64,000 nucleotides of DNA, from NCBI GenBank assembly GCA_017996215.1, contig JAGOHL010000017.1, positions 60,118-124,117 on the forward strand, given 5' to 3'. Made by a program: the position numbers and the translations under genes. Source of the DNA: Nannocystaceae bacterium. GTDB lineage: Bacteria > Myxococcota_A > Polyangia > Nannocystales > Nannocystaceae. Position 1 is the stretch's first letter; each line of letters opens with the position of its first letter. Below are positions 1 to 9,705 of the stretch, piece after piece. The notes beneath the pieces are model-generated. The model was not told where the DNA came from. It saw only the letters and a list, made by a program, of their open reading frames with translations, and searched no databases.

Positions 1-2
1 CC

Positions 3-1586
3 GTGATCACCGCTGCGGGCGACCCCGCGAGCGTCGCCGGCATCTGGTACTGGGACGGCGAGACCCCCCGCGCGACCGGTGACGGGCCCTCGATCGCCAA
101 CCTCGACGAGCTGCCGTTCCCCGACCTCGAGCTCTTCGGCATCGCGCGCGAGATGGAGCTGCAGTCGACGATGCAGGTCACGTATCACGAGACCCGCTTT
201 CACGCCGGCAAGACCGTGCCCATCACCGCCAGCCGCTCGTGCCCGTTTCGCTGCACGTTCTGCTACCACGCCGGCATGGGCAAGTACCGGCGACACTCGA
301 TGGAGAACGTCGTCGATCACATCGAGTCGATCCTCGCCCGTACCGACGCCACCCACATCTCGATCTACGACGAGCTGTTCTCGGCCAACAAGAAGCGCAT
401 CGTCGAGTTCTGCGACCTCCTCGAGCAGCGCGGCATCCAGGTCTCGTGGTTCTGCCAGCTGCGCGTCGATCAGCTCGACCAGGATCTGCTCCACCGCATG
501 CGCAGGGCCGGCTGCCGGCACATCTCGTTCGGCTTCGAGAGCGGCAGCGATACCGTGCTCGACAGCATGGACAAGAAGATCACCGCCGCGCAGATCGCCC
601 GCGCGGTGGAGCTCACGCGCAACGCGAAGATCGGCATCCAGGCCAACTTTCTGTTCGGCGACCCGGCCGAGACCGAGCAGACGCTGCAGGAGTCGCTGGC
701 GTTCCAGCGCGAGCACGACCTCATGTTCGTCGACTGGTCGGCGGTGATCCCCTACCCCGGCACGCGGCTATACGCCCGCGCGCTGGAGCGGGGGCTGATC
801 GGCGATCGCGTCGAGTTCATCCGCAGCATGTGCGACATCTCGAGCTACCTGTGGCGCGGGCAGGTCAACCTCACCGAGCTATCCGACGAGCGCTTCCTCG
901 AGCACTACGTCGCGCTGCGCGAGCTGAACGACCGCAACCACCGCACGCGACCGGCGATCGTCCGCCACGGCCGTGCGACCGGCCCCCAGCACTCGTGCAT
1001 CACCGTCGAGTGCCCCAGCTGCAACCACGCCGAGACGCTCGAGCTGCCGTATCCGCCGGGGCCCGGCGACACGCCGATCTCGACGCGGGCGATCGTCGGC
1101 GTGCAGGGCTACAACATCGTGTGCGATGCGTGCAATCGCAAGATGCACCTCGCGGCGCGACGCATCCCCCACGTCGCGTCGTTCTACGCCGACTTCCAGG
1201 CCGCGCTCGATCGCTGCAAGGCCGCAAGCACGCCGGTGGTGATCGTGCCGGCGATGGACCGCTACTTCGGCGTGTTCGCGCAGGATGTGGATCTCGAGGG
1301 GCTCGACGTGGTGGCCGCGCTCGACTGGCGCGCGCACCGGGCCGGCGCCGCCTTCATGGGCGTCACCGTCGAGAGCCTCGACCACGCGCATGTGCAGCGT
1401 CACCGTGACGCCACCTTCGTGGTGCTGCCGTGGGTCGAGTCGGACGATGCGGTCGCGCTGCTGCGCGCCGCCGGCGTACAGGATGACGCGATCCTTTGTT
1501 GGACCGATCGCTTCGCCACGCACACCCGGCCGCAGCCACGCCTGCTGGCGCGCGCTTCTGGGGCTCGCGCGGCCAGCGGGTGCTAA
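3..1586 (+). CDS. B12-binding radical SAM domain protein (5' partial, runs in from the window edge)
   Basis: Radical SAM CxxxCxxC motif in 'SRSCPFRCTFCYHAG'. Fold and length fit B12-binding radical SAM methyltransferase-like enzymes. C-terminal ~150 aa extension with an extra Cys cluster (CxxC...CxxC). Codon composition is coherent. No start codon inside the window. Confidence 0.8.
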   Translation: MITAAGDPASVAGIWYWDGETPRATGDGPSIANLDELPFPDLELFGIAREMELQSTMQVTYHETRFHAGKTVPITASRSCPFRCTFCYHAGMGKYRRHSMENVVDHIESILARTDATHISIYDELFSANKKRIVEFCDLLEQRGIQVSWFCQLRVDQLDQDLLHRMRRAGCRHISFGFESGSDTVLDSMDKKITAAQIARAVELTRNAKIGIQANFLFGDPAETEQTLQESLAFQREHDLMFVDWSAVIPYPGTRLYARALERGLIGDRVEFIRSMCDISSYLWRGQVNLTELSDERFLEHYVALRELNDRNHRTRPAIVRHGRATGPQHSCITVECPSCNHAETLELPYPPGPGDTPISTRAIVGVQGYNIVCDACNRKMHLAARRIPHVASFYADFQAALDRCKAASTPVVIVPAMDRYFGVFAQDVDLEGLDVVAALDWRAHRAGAAFMGVTVESLDHAHVQRHRDATFVVLPWVESDDAVALLRAAGVQDDAILCWTDRFATHTRPQPRLLARASGARAASGC

Positions 1587-2755
1587 GACTTGGGTCGCTG
1601 CAGCACGCGGTTCTTCGTGATCCAGTAGAGCGAGGCGTCGTCGACCGCGATCGACCTCGCTTCGTTCTGCTGCGTCGCGAGCACGACCGGCGCACCACCT
1701 CGGTGTGGCGCCGACTTCACCTCGGTCGAGTCGGTCCAGTACACCGAGCTCGCGTCGGCAGCCACACCCCACGGTGCCATCTGACCGCTCGCGAGGACGC
1801 TCGCTTCGCCGCCGACGGTGGCCAGGCTCATGATCGTGTTGGGGTTGTTCGCGGCCGCGCCATCGCCGTGGGCCCAGACGAACGAGTCGCCGACCGTCGC
1901 GAGTCCCCAGGGTTGCGCCAGCCCAGTCGCGAGGATCTGCATCTGCATGCCGTCGGGATCGCCCGCGAGCGGTACCGACACCAACGCGCCCACCGAGTCG
2001 TCCGGCGGAGGGGGCTCGATGAACGTCACGCCGCCATTGCCGGGCTCGGGATCGTGTGACGTGACGTAGAACCTCGTGCCGTCGAGCACGATGTCGGCGA
2101 TGCCGGCGTACGCGCTGAGCAGGTTCTGCGAGCTGCCGCCCGCGAGCGGCGCGCGCCAGACTCCGCCGCTCCCCGAGCCGAAGGTGGTCCAGTACACGTG
2201 CGTGTCATCGACAGCGAGCGCGCGCGGGCGGTCGGTGGTGTCGTCGAGGACTTCGCTCGCACCACCCGCGATCGGCATCCGAGCGACGACGCCATCGTCG
2301 ACGAACCCGGTCCAGTAGACCCACGCACCGTCGACGACGACGTCGTAGGGGGCCTCGAGCCCGGTCGCGAGCATCTCGATGTCGCCACCACCCTTGGCGA
2401 CGCGCGCCAGCGTGCCGGCGCTCTGATCGCTGAAGTAGACGTGGGTGCCATCGACGGCGATGCCGCGCCCGCCGGTGAGTCCGTCCGCGAGCACGAGGCA
2501 CTCGCCACAACCGGCGTCGGTCGGCCCGCCGCCGGTGCTCCCACCCTCACTCGACGACGTGCCGACGCCGCCGGTGCTGTCGACCGCCGCGGTGCTGCTG
2601 TCGCTGGGCGCGGTGGTCGACGACGGACTCGCCGTGGTGCTGCCCGAGCCGCCGGTGGAGCTCGTTCCACCCGCGGTGGTGGTATCGCCCGCCTGCGAGT
2701 CGCCACACGCGGCCATGCAGATCCACCCTACCAACATCCGATGACGGCATTTCAT
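1583..2755 (-). CDS. Secreted beta-propeller repeat lipoprotein (YWTD/VYW-type blades) with Gly/Ser/Thr-rich linker
   Basis: N-terminal signal peptide with lipobox-like 'WICMAAC'. Long S/T/G-rich low-complexity linker. Repeated 'THVYW(T)', 'AWVYWTG', 'SSVYWTD', 'ASLYWIT' blade motifs. 4-bp convergent overlap with the radical SAM gene. Start chosen at internal Met (MKCRH...); the track ORF start is a TTG. Confidence 0.6.
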   Translation of the reverse strand: MKCRHRMLVGWICMAACGDSQAGDTTTAGGTSSTGGSGSTTASPSSTTAPSDSSTAAVDSTGGVGTSSSEGGSTGGGPTDAGCGECLVLADGLTGGRGIAVDGTHVYFSDQSAGTLARVAKGGGDIEMLATGLEAPYDVVVDGAWVYWTGFVDDGVVARMPIAGGASEVLDDTTDRPRALAVDDTHVYWTTFGSGSGGVWRAPLAGGSSQNLLSAYAGIADIVLDGTRFYVTSHDPEPGNGGVTFIEPPPPDDSVGALVSVPLAGDPDGMQMQILATGLAQPWGLATVGDSFVWAHGDGAAANNPNTIMSLATVGGEASVLASGQMAPWGVAADASSVYWTDSTEVKSAPHRGGAPVVLATQQNEARSIAVDDASLYWITKNRVLQRPKS

Positions 2756-2863
2756 AGGCGCCCAGTGTGCCCCACCGATGCGCGGGTGGGGCAACCGCGA
2801 GATCGCCCACCGCCAGAACGCGCGTCGACGTGGGTTCTGGCGGGCGAGCGCCGGGGTCCGCGG

Positions 2864-4093
2864 CTACTTCTCGCCCATGAACTCGAGCGTGAAGCGACGC
2901 AGCCGCAGCACGCTGGGAATGCCCTCGCCGCTGGCAAAGCTGAGCGACTCGGCGAAGTGCACGTTGTCCGCGGCCTGCCACGCGATGAAGGCCCGCCCCG
3001 CGGCGGTGCCGAGCAACGCGTTGCGCTTGGCCTCGAACTCGGCGCGGACCTTGGCCAGCAGCAGCTCGCTCTGCGCCTCGAGGCGCGCGCTCACGCCGTC
3101 GGCCTCCGCACGCAGGCGCTGGTCGTACTGCAGGGTCTCGGCCTGCACGTTCTTGATGCCCAGCAGGTAACGATCGTCGAGCTTGCTGTGGTCCTCGACG
3201 TCGAGCTCGAGCGCGGCGGCGGCCCTGGCGATGAGCGCGGTGCGATCATCCGCCGACAGCGCCGTCAACATGGTTCGTGCGCCACCCGGGGTCGTGTCGT
3301 CGCCGACATCGACGAAGCCGACCTGGTAGGCGCGCTCGAGATTGGCACGGCGTTGGATCCACGCCTGCTCGCTCGAGGCCGCACGGGCCTGCGTGCCCTG
3401 CACGAAGTTGTCGAGCTTTTGCTGCTCGACGGCGACGGTCTGCACCGCGGCGTCGAGCAGCTTCTTCTGCTCGTTGAGCTGGATCTGCTGCAGCTGCTGC
3501 TCGTACTCGGGGCGGAACGCGACCGCACGAATCAGCACGGTCGAGGCCTCGAGGTGCAGCGTCGCCAGCTCCTCGTTGAGCACGCGCAGGGTGTCGTCGG
3601 ACACCGCGAGTCGGCGGTCGGTCGAGTAGAAATCCGCCGAGGTCAGCTCGGCCAGCCGCTCGCGCAGCACGCTGACGGTGGTCTCCTCGGCGAGCCGCTG
3701 GTAGCGGAAGGTGCCATTGGCGTCGACCTGATGGTTGCCGGCCTGCACCACATTCCAGCCCTCGCCGAGCTTGATGCGGTAGGGCACCGACACGTCGAGC
3801 ATGACGATGTTGTTGTCCTTGGTGCGGATCTGCAGCGGCTGCTGCGGGCCGGCCTCGTCGCTGGTGTAGTCGAGGTACGCGAAGCGCTTGGGCAGCACCA
3901 GGATGCGGTGCATGCCCGGTACGCGCCACGCCCAGCCGGGCTCGATGTCGGTCTCGGACACGCCCGAGAAGTTGCTCTGCCGCACGCCGATCTCATCGGG
4001 GCGGACCGTCACGGTGCACATCAGCGGCACCAGCCACAACAGCAGCGTCGCGACGACCGCGATTCTGGCGAAACGTCCGATCGCGTCCATCAC
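2864..4093 (-). CDS. SPFH/band-7 domain protein (HflC-like)
   Basis: N-terminal TM helix ([16 protein letters not shown]). SPFH-type beta/alpha core ([10 protein letters not shown]...[10 protein letters not shown]...). Long coiled-coil-like Q/E/A/L-rich C-terminal half. Stop/start overlap (ATGA-type, 4 bp) with the upstream SPFH gene. Confidence 0.75.
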   Translation of the reverse strand: MMDAIGRFARIAVVATLLLWLVPLMCTVTVRPDEIGVRQSNFSGVSETDIEPGWAWRVPGMHRILVLPKRFAYLDYTSDEAGPQQPLQIRTKDNNIVMLDVSVPYRIKLGEGWNVVQAGNHQVDANGTFRYQRLAEETTVSVLRERLAELTSADFYSTDRRLAVSDDTLRVLNEELATLHLEASTVLIRAVAFRPEYEQQLQQIQLNEQKKLLDAAVQTVAVEQQKLDNFVQGTQARAASSEQAWIQRRANLERAYQVGFVDVGDDTTPGGARTMLTALSADDRTALIARAAAALELDVEDHSKLDDRYLLGIKNVQAETLQYDQRLRAEADGVSARLEAQSELLLAKVRAEFEAKRNALLGTAAGRAFIAWQAADNVHFAESLSFASGEGIPSVLRLRRFTLEFMGEK

Positions 4094-5202
4094 TTGCCTC
4101 CCCCGATCTGCTCGAGCTCGATCCGCGACGGGCGACCGTCGTTGGCGTAGGGCTGGATGCCGATCGTCACGCCGGCGAGCTTGCTGCCGAGCCGCTCCAT
4201 CACGCGCTCGACGGGTTGGTCACGAAAGGCCTCGATCGAGGCCTGCTGGGCGCCGAACTCGGCCTCGAGCTGGCCCCGCAGCTCGTCGGCCTTGCGCTGG
4301 GCGGCGGCCACGGCCGCCTGACCCTTGGCGACGGTGTCGATGCGGTAGCTGTCGACGATGCGGATGGTCTCCGCCTGCTCTGCGATGGCGGTGGCGAGCG
4401 TGGTCTCGAGCTCGGCCCGCTTCTCCTGGATGATCTTGTTCTGGTCGCGATCGACCTCGGCCAAGCGGCGGCTGCGATCGGTGCCGGCACGGGTGAGCTC
4501 GGACTGGATCACCGCCAGCTGGTTCTCGGCGCCGTTGCGCGACTCGATGAGGTTCTCGTACTCCTCCGAGAAGCGCGGCCGCGGCGTGACGATCTGCGTG
4601 ACCACCAGGCCGTGGGCCTCGAGCACCTGGTTGAGCCGCGCTCGCGCGCGCTCGGTGGCGGCGCCGAAGTTGGCCGGGTTCGACACGCTGATGGTCGACT
4701 CGCGACCGAACTCGTCGCGCAGGATCGAGCGGGCGTAGGGTCGCATCCAGCGGCGGAAGGCCCCCTCCACGCCGGCGTCACGGATGGTGTCCTCGGCGCG
4801 GTCGCCCGCGACCTGGAAGATGATGGTGGTGTCGTTGAACAGGAAGTTCGAGCCGTCGCTCGCGCGCACCGTCAGCTCGACGACGTGGAGATCGTCCGTG
4901 TTCTGCGTGCCCTTCATGACGAAGGTCTGCGGGCTCGCGTCGAGCACGTAGATCGAGTGCAGGCCGAAGGGCGCCCGCAGCACCAGCCCCGGCTGCACGA
5001 TGGTGTCGCGCGCCCCGGTGAGGTTGTTGACCCGAACGGCGACCTGACCGGGGTCGATCACCGTGAAGGTCGACATCAGCGTCACCGTGAGGACCAGCAG
5101 CGCGACCCCGAGCCACACCAACGGGCCGATACCCCGCTTGCGGAAGTTCTCGAGGAGCACGACCACGGGATTGCCGGGGGGGCGGCCCTTGCTTGTTGCC
5201 AT
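4090..5202 (-). CDS. SPFH/band-7 domain protein (HflK-like)
   Basis: TM helix ([18 protein letters not shown]) then SPFH core ([15 protein letters not shown]...) and coiled-coil tail. The track ORF extends to 5364, but the upstream part is low complexity. Start placed at internal ATG 5202 ([10 protein letters not shown]...). Translationally coupled to the downstream SPFH paralog. Confidence 0.7.
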   Translation of the reverse strand: MATSKGRPPGNPVVVLLENFRKRGIGPLVWLGVALLVLTVTLMSTFTVIDPGQVAVRVNNLTGARDTIVQPGLVLRAPFGLHSIYVLDASPQTFVMKGTQNTDDLHVVELTVRASDGSNFLFNDTTIIFQVAGDRAEDTIRDAGVEGAFRRWMRPYARSILRDEFGRESTISVSNPANFGAATERARARLNQVLEAHGLVVTQIVTPRPRFSEEYENLIESRNGAENQLAVIQSELTRAGTDRSRRLAEVDRDQNKIIQEKRAELETTLATAIAEQAETIRIVDSYRIDTVAKGQAAVAAAQRKADELRGQLEAEFGAQQASIEAFRDQPVERVMERLGSKLAGVTIGIQPYANDGRPSRIELEQIGGGK

Positions 5203-5866
5203 TGCAGCCAGAGTAACCCCAAGGGCGGCGGTGGCCGCTCGACCCGCCGGGCGCGGGTACTGGCGTGCGCGTCGGGGTCGTGCTGAACTGCTGTGGCGCG
5301 TGAAGACCCGCCGGCCCTGGCTGCTGCTGCTGTTCGCGACCCTGTTCGCGATCGTCGGCGTCACGCGGCCGGTGACCGCGGCCCAACGCGAGGCGGCGAG
5401 CTCACGGCTCGACGCGTCGCTGCCGGTCGCTGCCCGCCAGGACGCGCCCGATCGTCCGACCCGTGATCCGAGTCGCCCCGATCCCGACGTGGGTGAGGCC
5501 GGCTCGCTCGGCAGCGAGACCCCCGCCGCTGCGATCCACGTCGCGTCGCTGCTCGACGCACACGCTGGCTCGCCCGCGATCTCGCCGTGCGATCGACCGC
5601 GCGCGCGCGGTCCACCGACGGCCTAGCCACGCGCCAAGGCCCGCCTGTGCGCGCGCCTCCGTCGTCCTGCAGCGGTCGAGCACACGATCGCAGGACACCA
5701 GGAAGGCACGCACCTGCACGGCGCGACGATGCTCGGCTGCGTCGTCGGAACTCCATCGATTTCCCAGCGTGCTCCGGCGGCGGGCCCGATTGCCCGCGGA
5801 TTCCCCGTGGAGAAACCACTCACCCATCCGTTTTTCACCCGCGCCGTCTCGTGGCTGCGCAACACC

Positions 5867-6349
5867 ATGAATCTCAGCACCGCAGTCCTGCCGGGCGATG
5901 CCATCGGCGATCCGCAGGACCCCTCTCGTGCGCGAATCGATGGCTATCTCGACGACAGCGAGTCGCGCTCGTTCGCCTCGCTGGCCATCGTCTCGTTGGT
6001 CTGCGCCGGCGTGATCGCCCTGGCGGCGTCACGCCCGGGTCTGTCACCGACGCAGTGGACGCTGACACACTACGGCAGCATCACGTTGGCGATCTGCGGC
6101 TTCGTCGGCCTCATCGTCGAGGTTCGACGGGCACGCATGCGTCGGCTCGAGGTCTCAGTGATCGTGTTGGCCGGCGACGCCGCTGCGCGCATCGAGCCCG
6201 AGCACATCGAGCGTTGGCAAGCTCGACCCGACCAGCGGCTGTGGCTGGTGAGTGAAGCGGGCCTGCCGAAGACCTCGATGGCCCGCGCCCGCGAGCTCGG
6301 CATGCGCTGCTTCATGGCCGGCGAGCAGGGCATCAGCGAGCGCGCCTAG
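5867..6349 (+). CDS. Hypothetical membrane protein
   Basis: ORF with two predicted TM segments (LAIVSLVCAGVIALAA, ITLAICGFVGLIV). Protein-like composition. Start placed at ATG 5867 (MNLSTAV...). No recognisable family. 4-bp convergent overlap with hflX. Confidence 0.3.
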   Translation: MNLSTAVLPGDAIGDPQDPSRARIDGYLDDSESRSFASLAIVSLVCAGVIALAASRPGLSPTQWTLTHYGSITLAICGFVGLIVEVRRARMRRLEVSVIVLAGDAAARIEPEHIERWQARPDQRLWLVSEAGLPKTSMARARELGMRCFMAGEQGISERA

Positions 6350-7812
6350 CCGCTCGACTCCGCCGCCGCCACACGCTCGCGCAAGCGCGTGAGCACGGCC
6401 GCCGGCGCGCGCAAGGAGTAGCGCGTGCCGGTCTCGCCGTGGTGCTCGGCGAGCACGGTCGCGTCGTCGTACAGCTGCCCGATCACGCCGGCGGCCTGGT
6501 ACGGCACGAACAGCTCCTCGTCCTGCATGTCGCCGTCGAAGAACGAGACCACGAGGTCCCGCACGCGACGAACGTCGGCGGGATCGTGCGCACTGACCAA
6601 GATGGCATCGGGGAACTCCTGCGAGAGCGCGGTGGTGGCCGCGTCGTCGAGGCGATCGCGCTTGTTCAGCACCAGGCGCGAGGCGACCTCGCCGGCACCG
6701 ATGCCGGCCAGCACCTCGCGCACGACCGCGAGCTGCTCGCGGAAGGTCGGGTCGGCGGCGTCGACCACGAACAGCAGCAGCGAGGCCTCGAGCGCCTCGT
6801 CGAGGGTGGAGCGGAACGACGCCACCAGCTCGTGCGGCAGCTTCTTGATGAAGCCGACGGTGTCGCTCACGAGGATGCGCGGCTCGGTCTCGGGCCGCAG
6901 CGCCCGCACGGTGGTGTCGAGGGTCGCGAACAGCTTGTCGGCGACGTAGACGCCACTCGAGGTGAGACCGCGCATCAGCGAGCTCTTGCCGGCGTTGGTG
7001 TAGCCGACCAGGCAAACCCGCCGCTGCGACTGCCGGCTCGCGCGTCGCGTCGCGCTCTCGCGCTCGATGGCGACCAGCTCGCGTCGCAGCTCCGCGATGC
7101 GGTCGCGGATCTTGCGACGATCGAGCTCGAGCGCCGACTCGCCGGCCCCCTTGCCGCCGATGCCACCGCGCTGACGATCGCCTCCGGCACCGGCCTCGCG
7201 CAGGCGGGGTGCGACATAGCTCAGTCGGGCGATCTCCACCTGCAGGCGCGCCTCGCGACTCTTGGCGTGACGGTGGAAGATCTCGACGATCACGTGGGTG
7301 CGATCGAGGACCTCGGCACCAGTTGCGCGCTCGAGGTTGCGCTGCATGCGGGGCGAGAGCTCGTGGTCCACCACCACGACCTGCGCGCGTTGCTCGGGTG
7401 GACGCGGGCCGTCGTCGTCGCCGTCGTCGCCGTCGTCGGGATCGTCGGCGCTCGGCGCCTCGGGCCCATCGTCACCCTCGAGATCGTCGTCACCCTCGAG
7501 CACTCGATCGTCGCGCAGGCCCATTCGCTCGCGGCGCTCGAGCGCCTTGTCACGGCTGGCGATCGTGGGATCGGTGTGCCCGTCGCCGCCGGTCCAGCGC
7601 GCCAGCTCGCGCAGCTTGCCCTCGCCGAGCACGGTCGCGGGCGACACCGAGCCGCGTCGCTGCGTCACCCGGCCGATGACGTCGAGCCCGAGGGTCTTCA
7701 CCAGCCGCCCCAGCTCGGCGACGTCGGCCTCGTGCTGCGCGTCGGAGACGGTCGGCAGCTGCACCGCGACCAGCACGGCGCGCGGCGTCTTCTCGGTCGT
7801 CGAGATGGTCAT
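6346..7812 (-). CDS. hflX: GTPase HflX
   Basis: HflX N-domain then GTPase domain with G1 'GYTNAGKSS', G3 'DTVGF' and G4 'LNKRD'. Unusual ~45 aa poly-acidic insertion (DDDLEGDDGPEAPSADDPDDGDDGDDDGP) in the N-terminal domain. Confidence 0.85.
   Translation of the reverse strand: MTISTTEKTPRAVLVAVQLPTVSDAQHEADVAELGRLVKTLGLDVIGRVTQRRGSVSPATVLGEGKLRELARWTGGDGHTDPTIASRDKALERRERMGLRDDRVLEGDDDLEGDDGPEAPSADDPDDGDDGDDDGPRPPEQRAQVVVVDHELSPRMQRNLERATGAEVLDRTHVIVEIFHRHAKSREARLQVEIARLSYVAPRLREAGAGGDRQRGGIGGKGAGESALELDRRKIRDRIAELRRELVAIERESATRRASRQSQRRVCLVGYTNAGKSSLMRGLTSSGVYVADKLFATLDTTVRALRPETEPRILVSDTVGFIKKLPHELVASFRSTLDEALEASLLLFVVDAADPTFREQLAVVREVLAGIGAGEVASRLVLNKRDRLDDAATTALSQEFPDAILVSAHDPADVRRVRDLVVSFFDGDMQDEELFVPYQAAGVIGQLYDDATVLAEHHGETGTRYSLRAPAAVLTRLRERVAAAESSG
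7411..7450. repeat. Trinucleotide (GTC/GCC) repeat encoding the poly-Asp/Gly insertion in HflX
   Basis: gtcgtcgtcgccgtcgtcgccgtcgtcggg... corresponds to 'DGDDGDDDG' on the minus strand. Confidence 0.6.
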
Positions 7813-7924
7813 CGGCGGCGCAGCTTAGCCGCGACCGCGCCGTCGCGCCGCCTCGAACCCGGCCGGAGTGGACCGCCCTCGCCGTGAGATCGACGCGGAT
7901 CGACGGCGCGGGCGACCCGCGGCG

Positions 7925-9532
7925 CTACCGCACGACGCGGATGATGGTCTTGCGCGGCCGCAGACCAAGCTCGCTGCGGATGCACGTGCGCGCGGCGGGT
8001 TGACCGATCGCGCGCCACCCCGGCGCAGGCTCGAGCACGACCGGGGCCCCGCGCACGGTGATCTCGATCGTCTCGCCGCGGGGCAGGAACACCAGCGCGC
8101 CGTGGTCGGTCGCCCGCACCGCGAGGCCGCCGGCGACGAACCACCGCAGGATGCCAGGCACCACCGGCGGCGCGAGCTCATCGGTGATCTCGAGCGCGTC
8201 ACCGCTCCACTCGATGCGCCGGCGATGGGTCGCGACGCCGCGCCAGCCGCGGACCTCGGCGACGATGCGCTGCTCGCCGAGTTCGAGCAGGTTCGGTACG
8301 GCACGACCACCGATGCGGTGGCTCTTCCAGAGCTCGTGCTGATCACGATCTTCGACGGTGACGGTGTTGTGCGCGTGGGTCGAGCGGGCGTAGTCGCGAT
8401 CGAGGCCCGGCACGTAGGTGCCGACGCCCGCGTCGACCAGCACGCGAGTGCGGCCGTGGGAGAGCTCGAGCGCGAGGCAATCGCCGTGGATGTGGCCGAC
8501 CTGCTGCGGCAGCCCCACGCCGCCGCGGTTCCACAGCAACGTGAAGGGGCCCCAGCTACGCCGCGAGAAGCCGCTCTCGCGGGCGTCGTCGTTGCCGAGC
8601 ACGAGCTTGGTGCCCACGCGATCGCACAGCCGCGCCGGCGTGGCGGGTGCGGCGAGCTGGCTGTCGCCCCACAGCGCGACATCGCCGTCGGGGTGGGTGA
8701 ACGCCGGCAACGCGTCGACCATGCGCCGCAGCGCGACCCGCAACGGATCGGCGAACCCTGGCAGTCGCGGCTGTGCCAGCGCCACCACCTGAGCCAGCTG
8801 CTCGGCCAGCAGGCAGTGGTAGCTCGGCGTGCGCTCGGCGTGCACGCCGTCGCTGGCCAGCTGATCGCGCACGCACGCCAACAGCCGCGGTGCGCATCGC
8901 TCGAGCACCATGCTCGGAACGTGCCCCGTCAGCCCCAGCCCGCAGGCGACCAACGCGGCGAGGTTGGTCCACACGTGATTGCCGTCGAGGTGCAGCTCGA
9001 CATGACGCTCGAGGTGCAACAGCTGTGCGCACATCGACGCCAACATCAGCTCGAGCTCGGGCGCCGACAGCTGCAGGCCCTCGCGCGCGAGCCAGCCCAG
9101 CCAGTGCAGCAGTCGCATCGAGGTCGGGTACGGCTCCCAGCCGACGCCCTCGCGGTGCTCCTCGATCCAGTCGAAGATGCAGCGACGGGCCTGCGCCGTC
9201 GGACACTGCGGGTCGCTGATCCAGCCGTGGTAGTGGAGCGTGTACGTCCACAGCGGATCACCGCCCTGCCAGCCGGCCCGCAGGGGATCGTGGGCGGGTT
9301 GCCCGAGCAGGTGCACGCCACCGTCCTCGTCGATGCGGCCCTCGGGCGAGGGGCCACGAAATCCCTCCGGCAACGCCAGTGCGTCGACCCCGGGCGCCCG
9401 CGACTGCGCGGGCGTGCGCGCGGGGCCGCGGGTACGCTGCAGCGCGAACGCGGCCAGCTGCGACGCGCGCAGGTGACTCGCCGCGCGCAGCGTCGGGCCG
9501 AGGCGATCGAGTGCGCGTCGCAGCCGGGTCAT
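7925..9532 (-). CDS. Heparinase II/III-like (alginate-lyase superfamily) protein
   Basis: Alpha/alpha-toroid N-region with 'YHGWISD...WLGWL' and C-terminal heparinase II/III-like beta-sandwich (HAHNTVTVEDRDQ). Start at internal ATG 9532; the track ORF runs to 9580. Confidence 0.6.
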   Translation of the reverse strand: MTRLRRALDRLGPTLRAASHLRASQLAAFALQRTRGPARTPAQSRAPGVDALALPEGFRGPSPEGRIDEDGGVHLLGQPAHDPLRAGWQGGDPLWTYTLHYHGWISDPQCPTAQARRCIFDWIEEHREGVGWEPYPTSMRLLHWLGWLAREGLQLSAPELELMLASMCAQLLHLERHVELHLDGNHVWTNLAALVACGLGLTGHVPSMVLERCAPRLLACVRDQLASDGVHAERTPSYHCLLAEQLAQVVALAQPRLPGFADPLRVALRRMVDALPAFTHPDGDVALWGDSQLAAPATPARLCDRVGTKLVLGNDDARESGFSRRSWGPFTLLWNRGGVGLPQQVGHIHGDCLALELSHGRTRVLVDAGVGTYVPGLDRDYARSTHAHNTVTVEDRDQHELWKSHRIGGRAVPNLLELGEQRIVAEVRGWRGVATHRRRIEWSGDALEITDELAPPVVPGILRWFVAGGLAVRATDHGALVFLPRGETIEITVRGAPVVLEPAPGWRAIGQPAARTCIRSELGLRPRKTIIRVVR

Positions 9533-9705
9533 CGGGTCAGCAGGCCCACGGTATCCACGACCGCGTGCCGATTGAACCACGCGCGCAGGAATTCCGCGAA
9601 ATCACCGGTGCGGGCGCAGGATCGTCGATGCGCCGCCGCACGTCCACTGACCCCTTGGGCAGCGCGCGCTCGGCCACGCAGCCGTGTTCGGCGCGATGAT
9701 GCATC

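Noticed and set aside
5300-5626. Possible small + strand ORF (GTG start, TM-like N-terminus) between the SPFH gene and the hypothetical membrane protein
   Set aside because: Mostly antisense to the extended SPFH track ORF. Pro/Arg/Ala-rich after the hydrophobic segment. No SD and no conservation evidence available.
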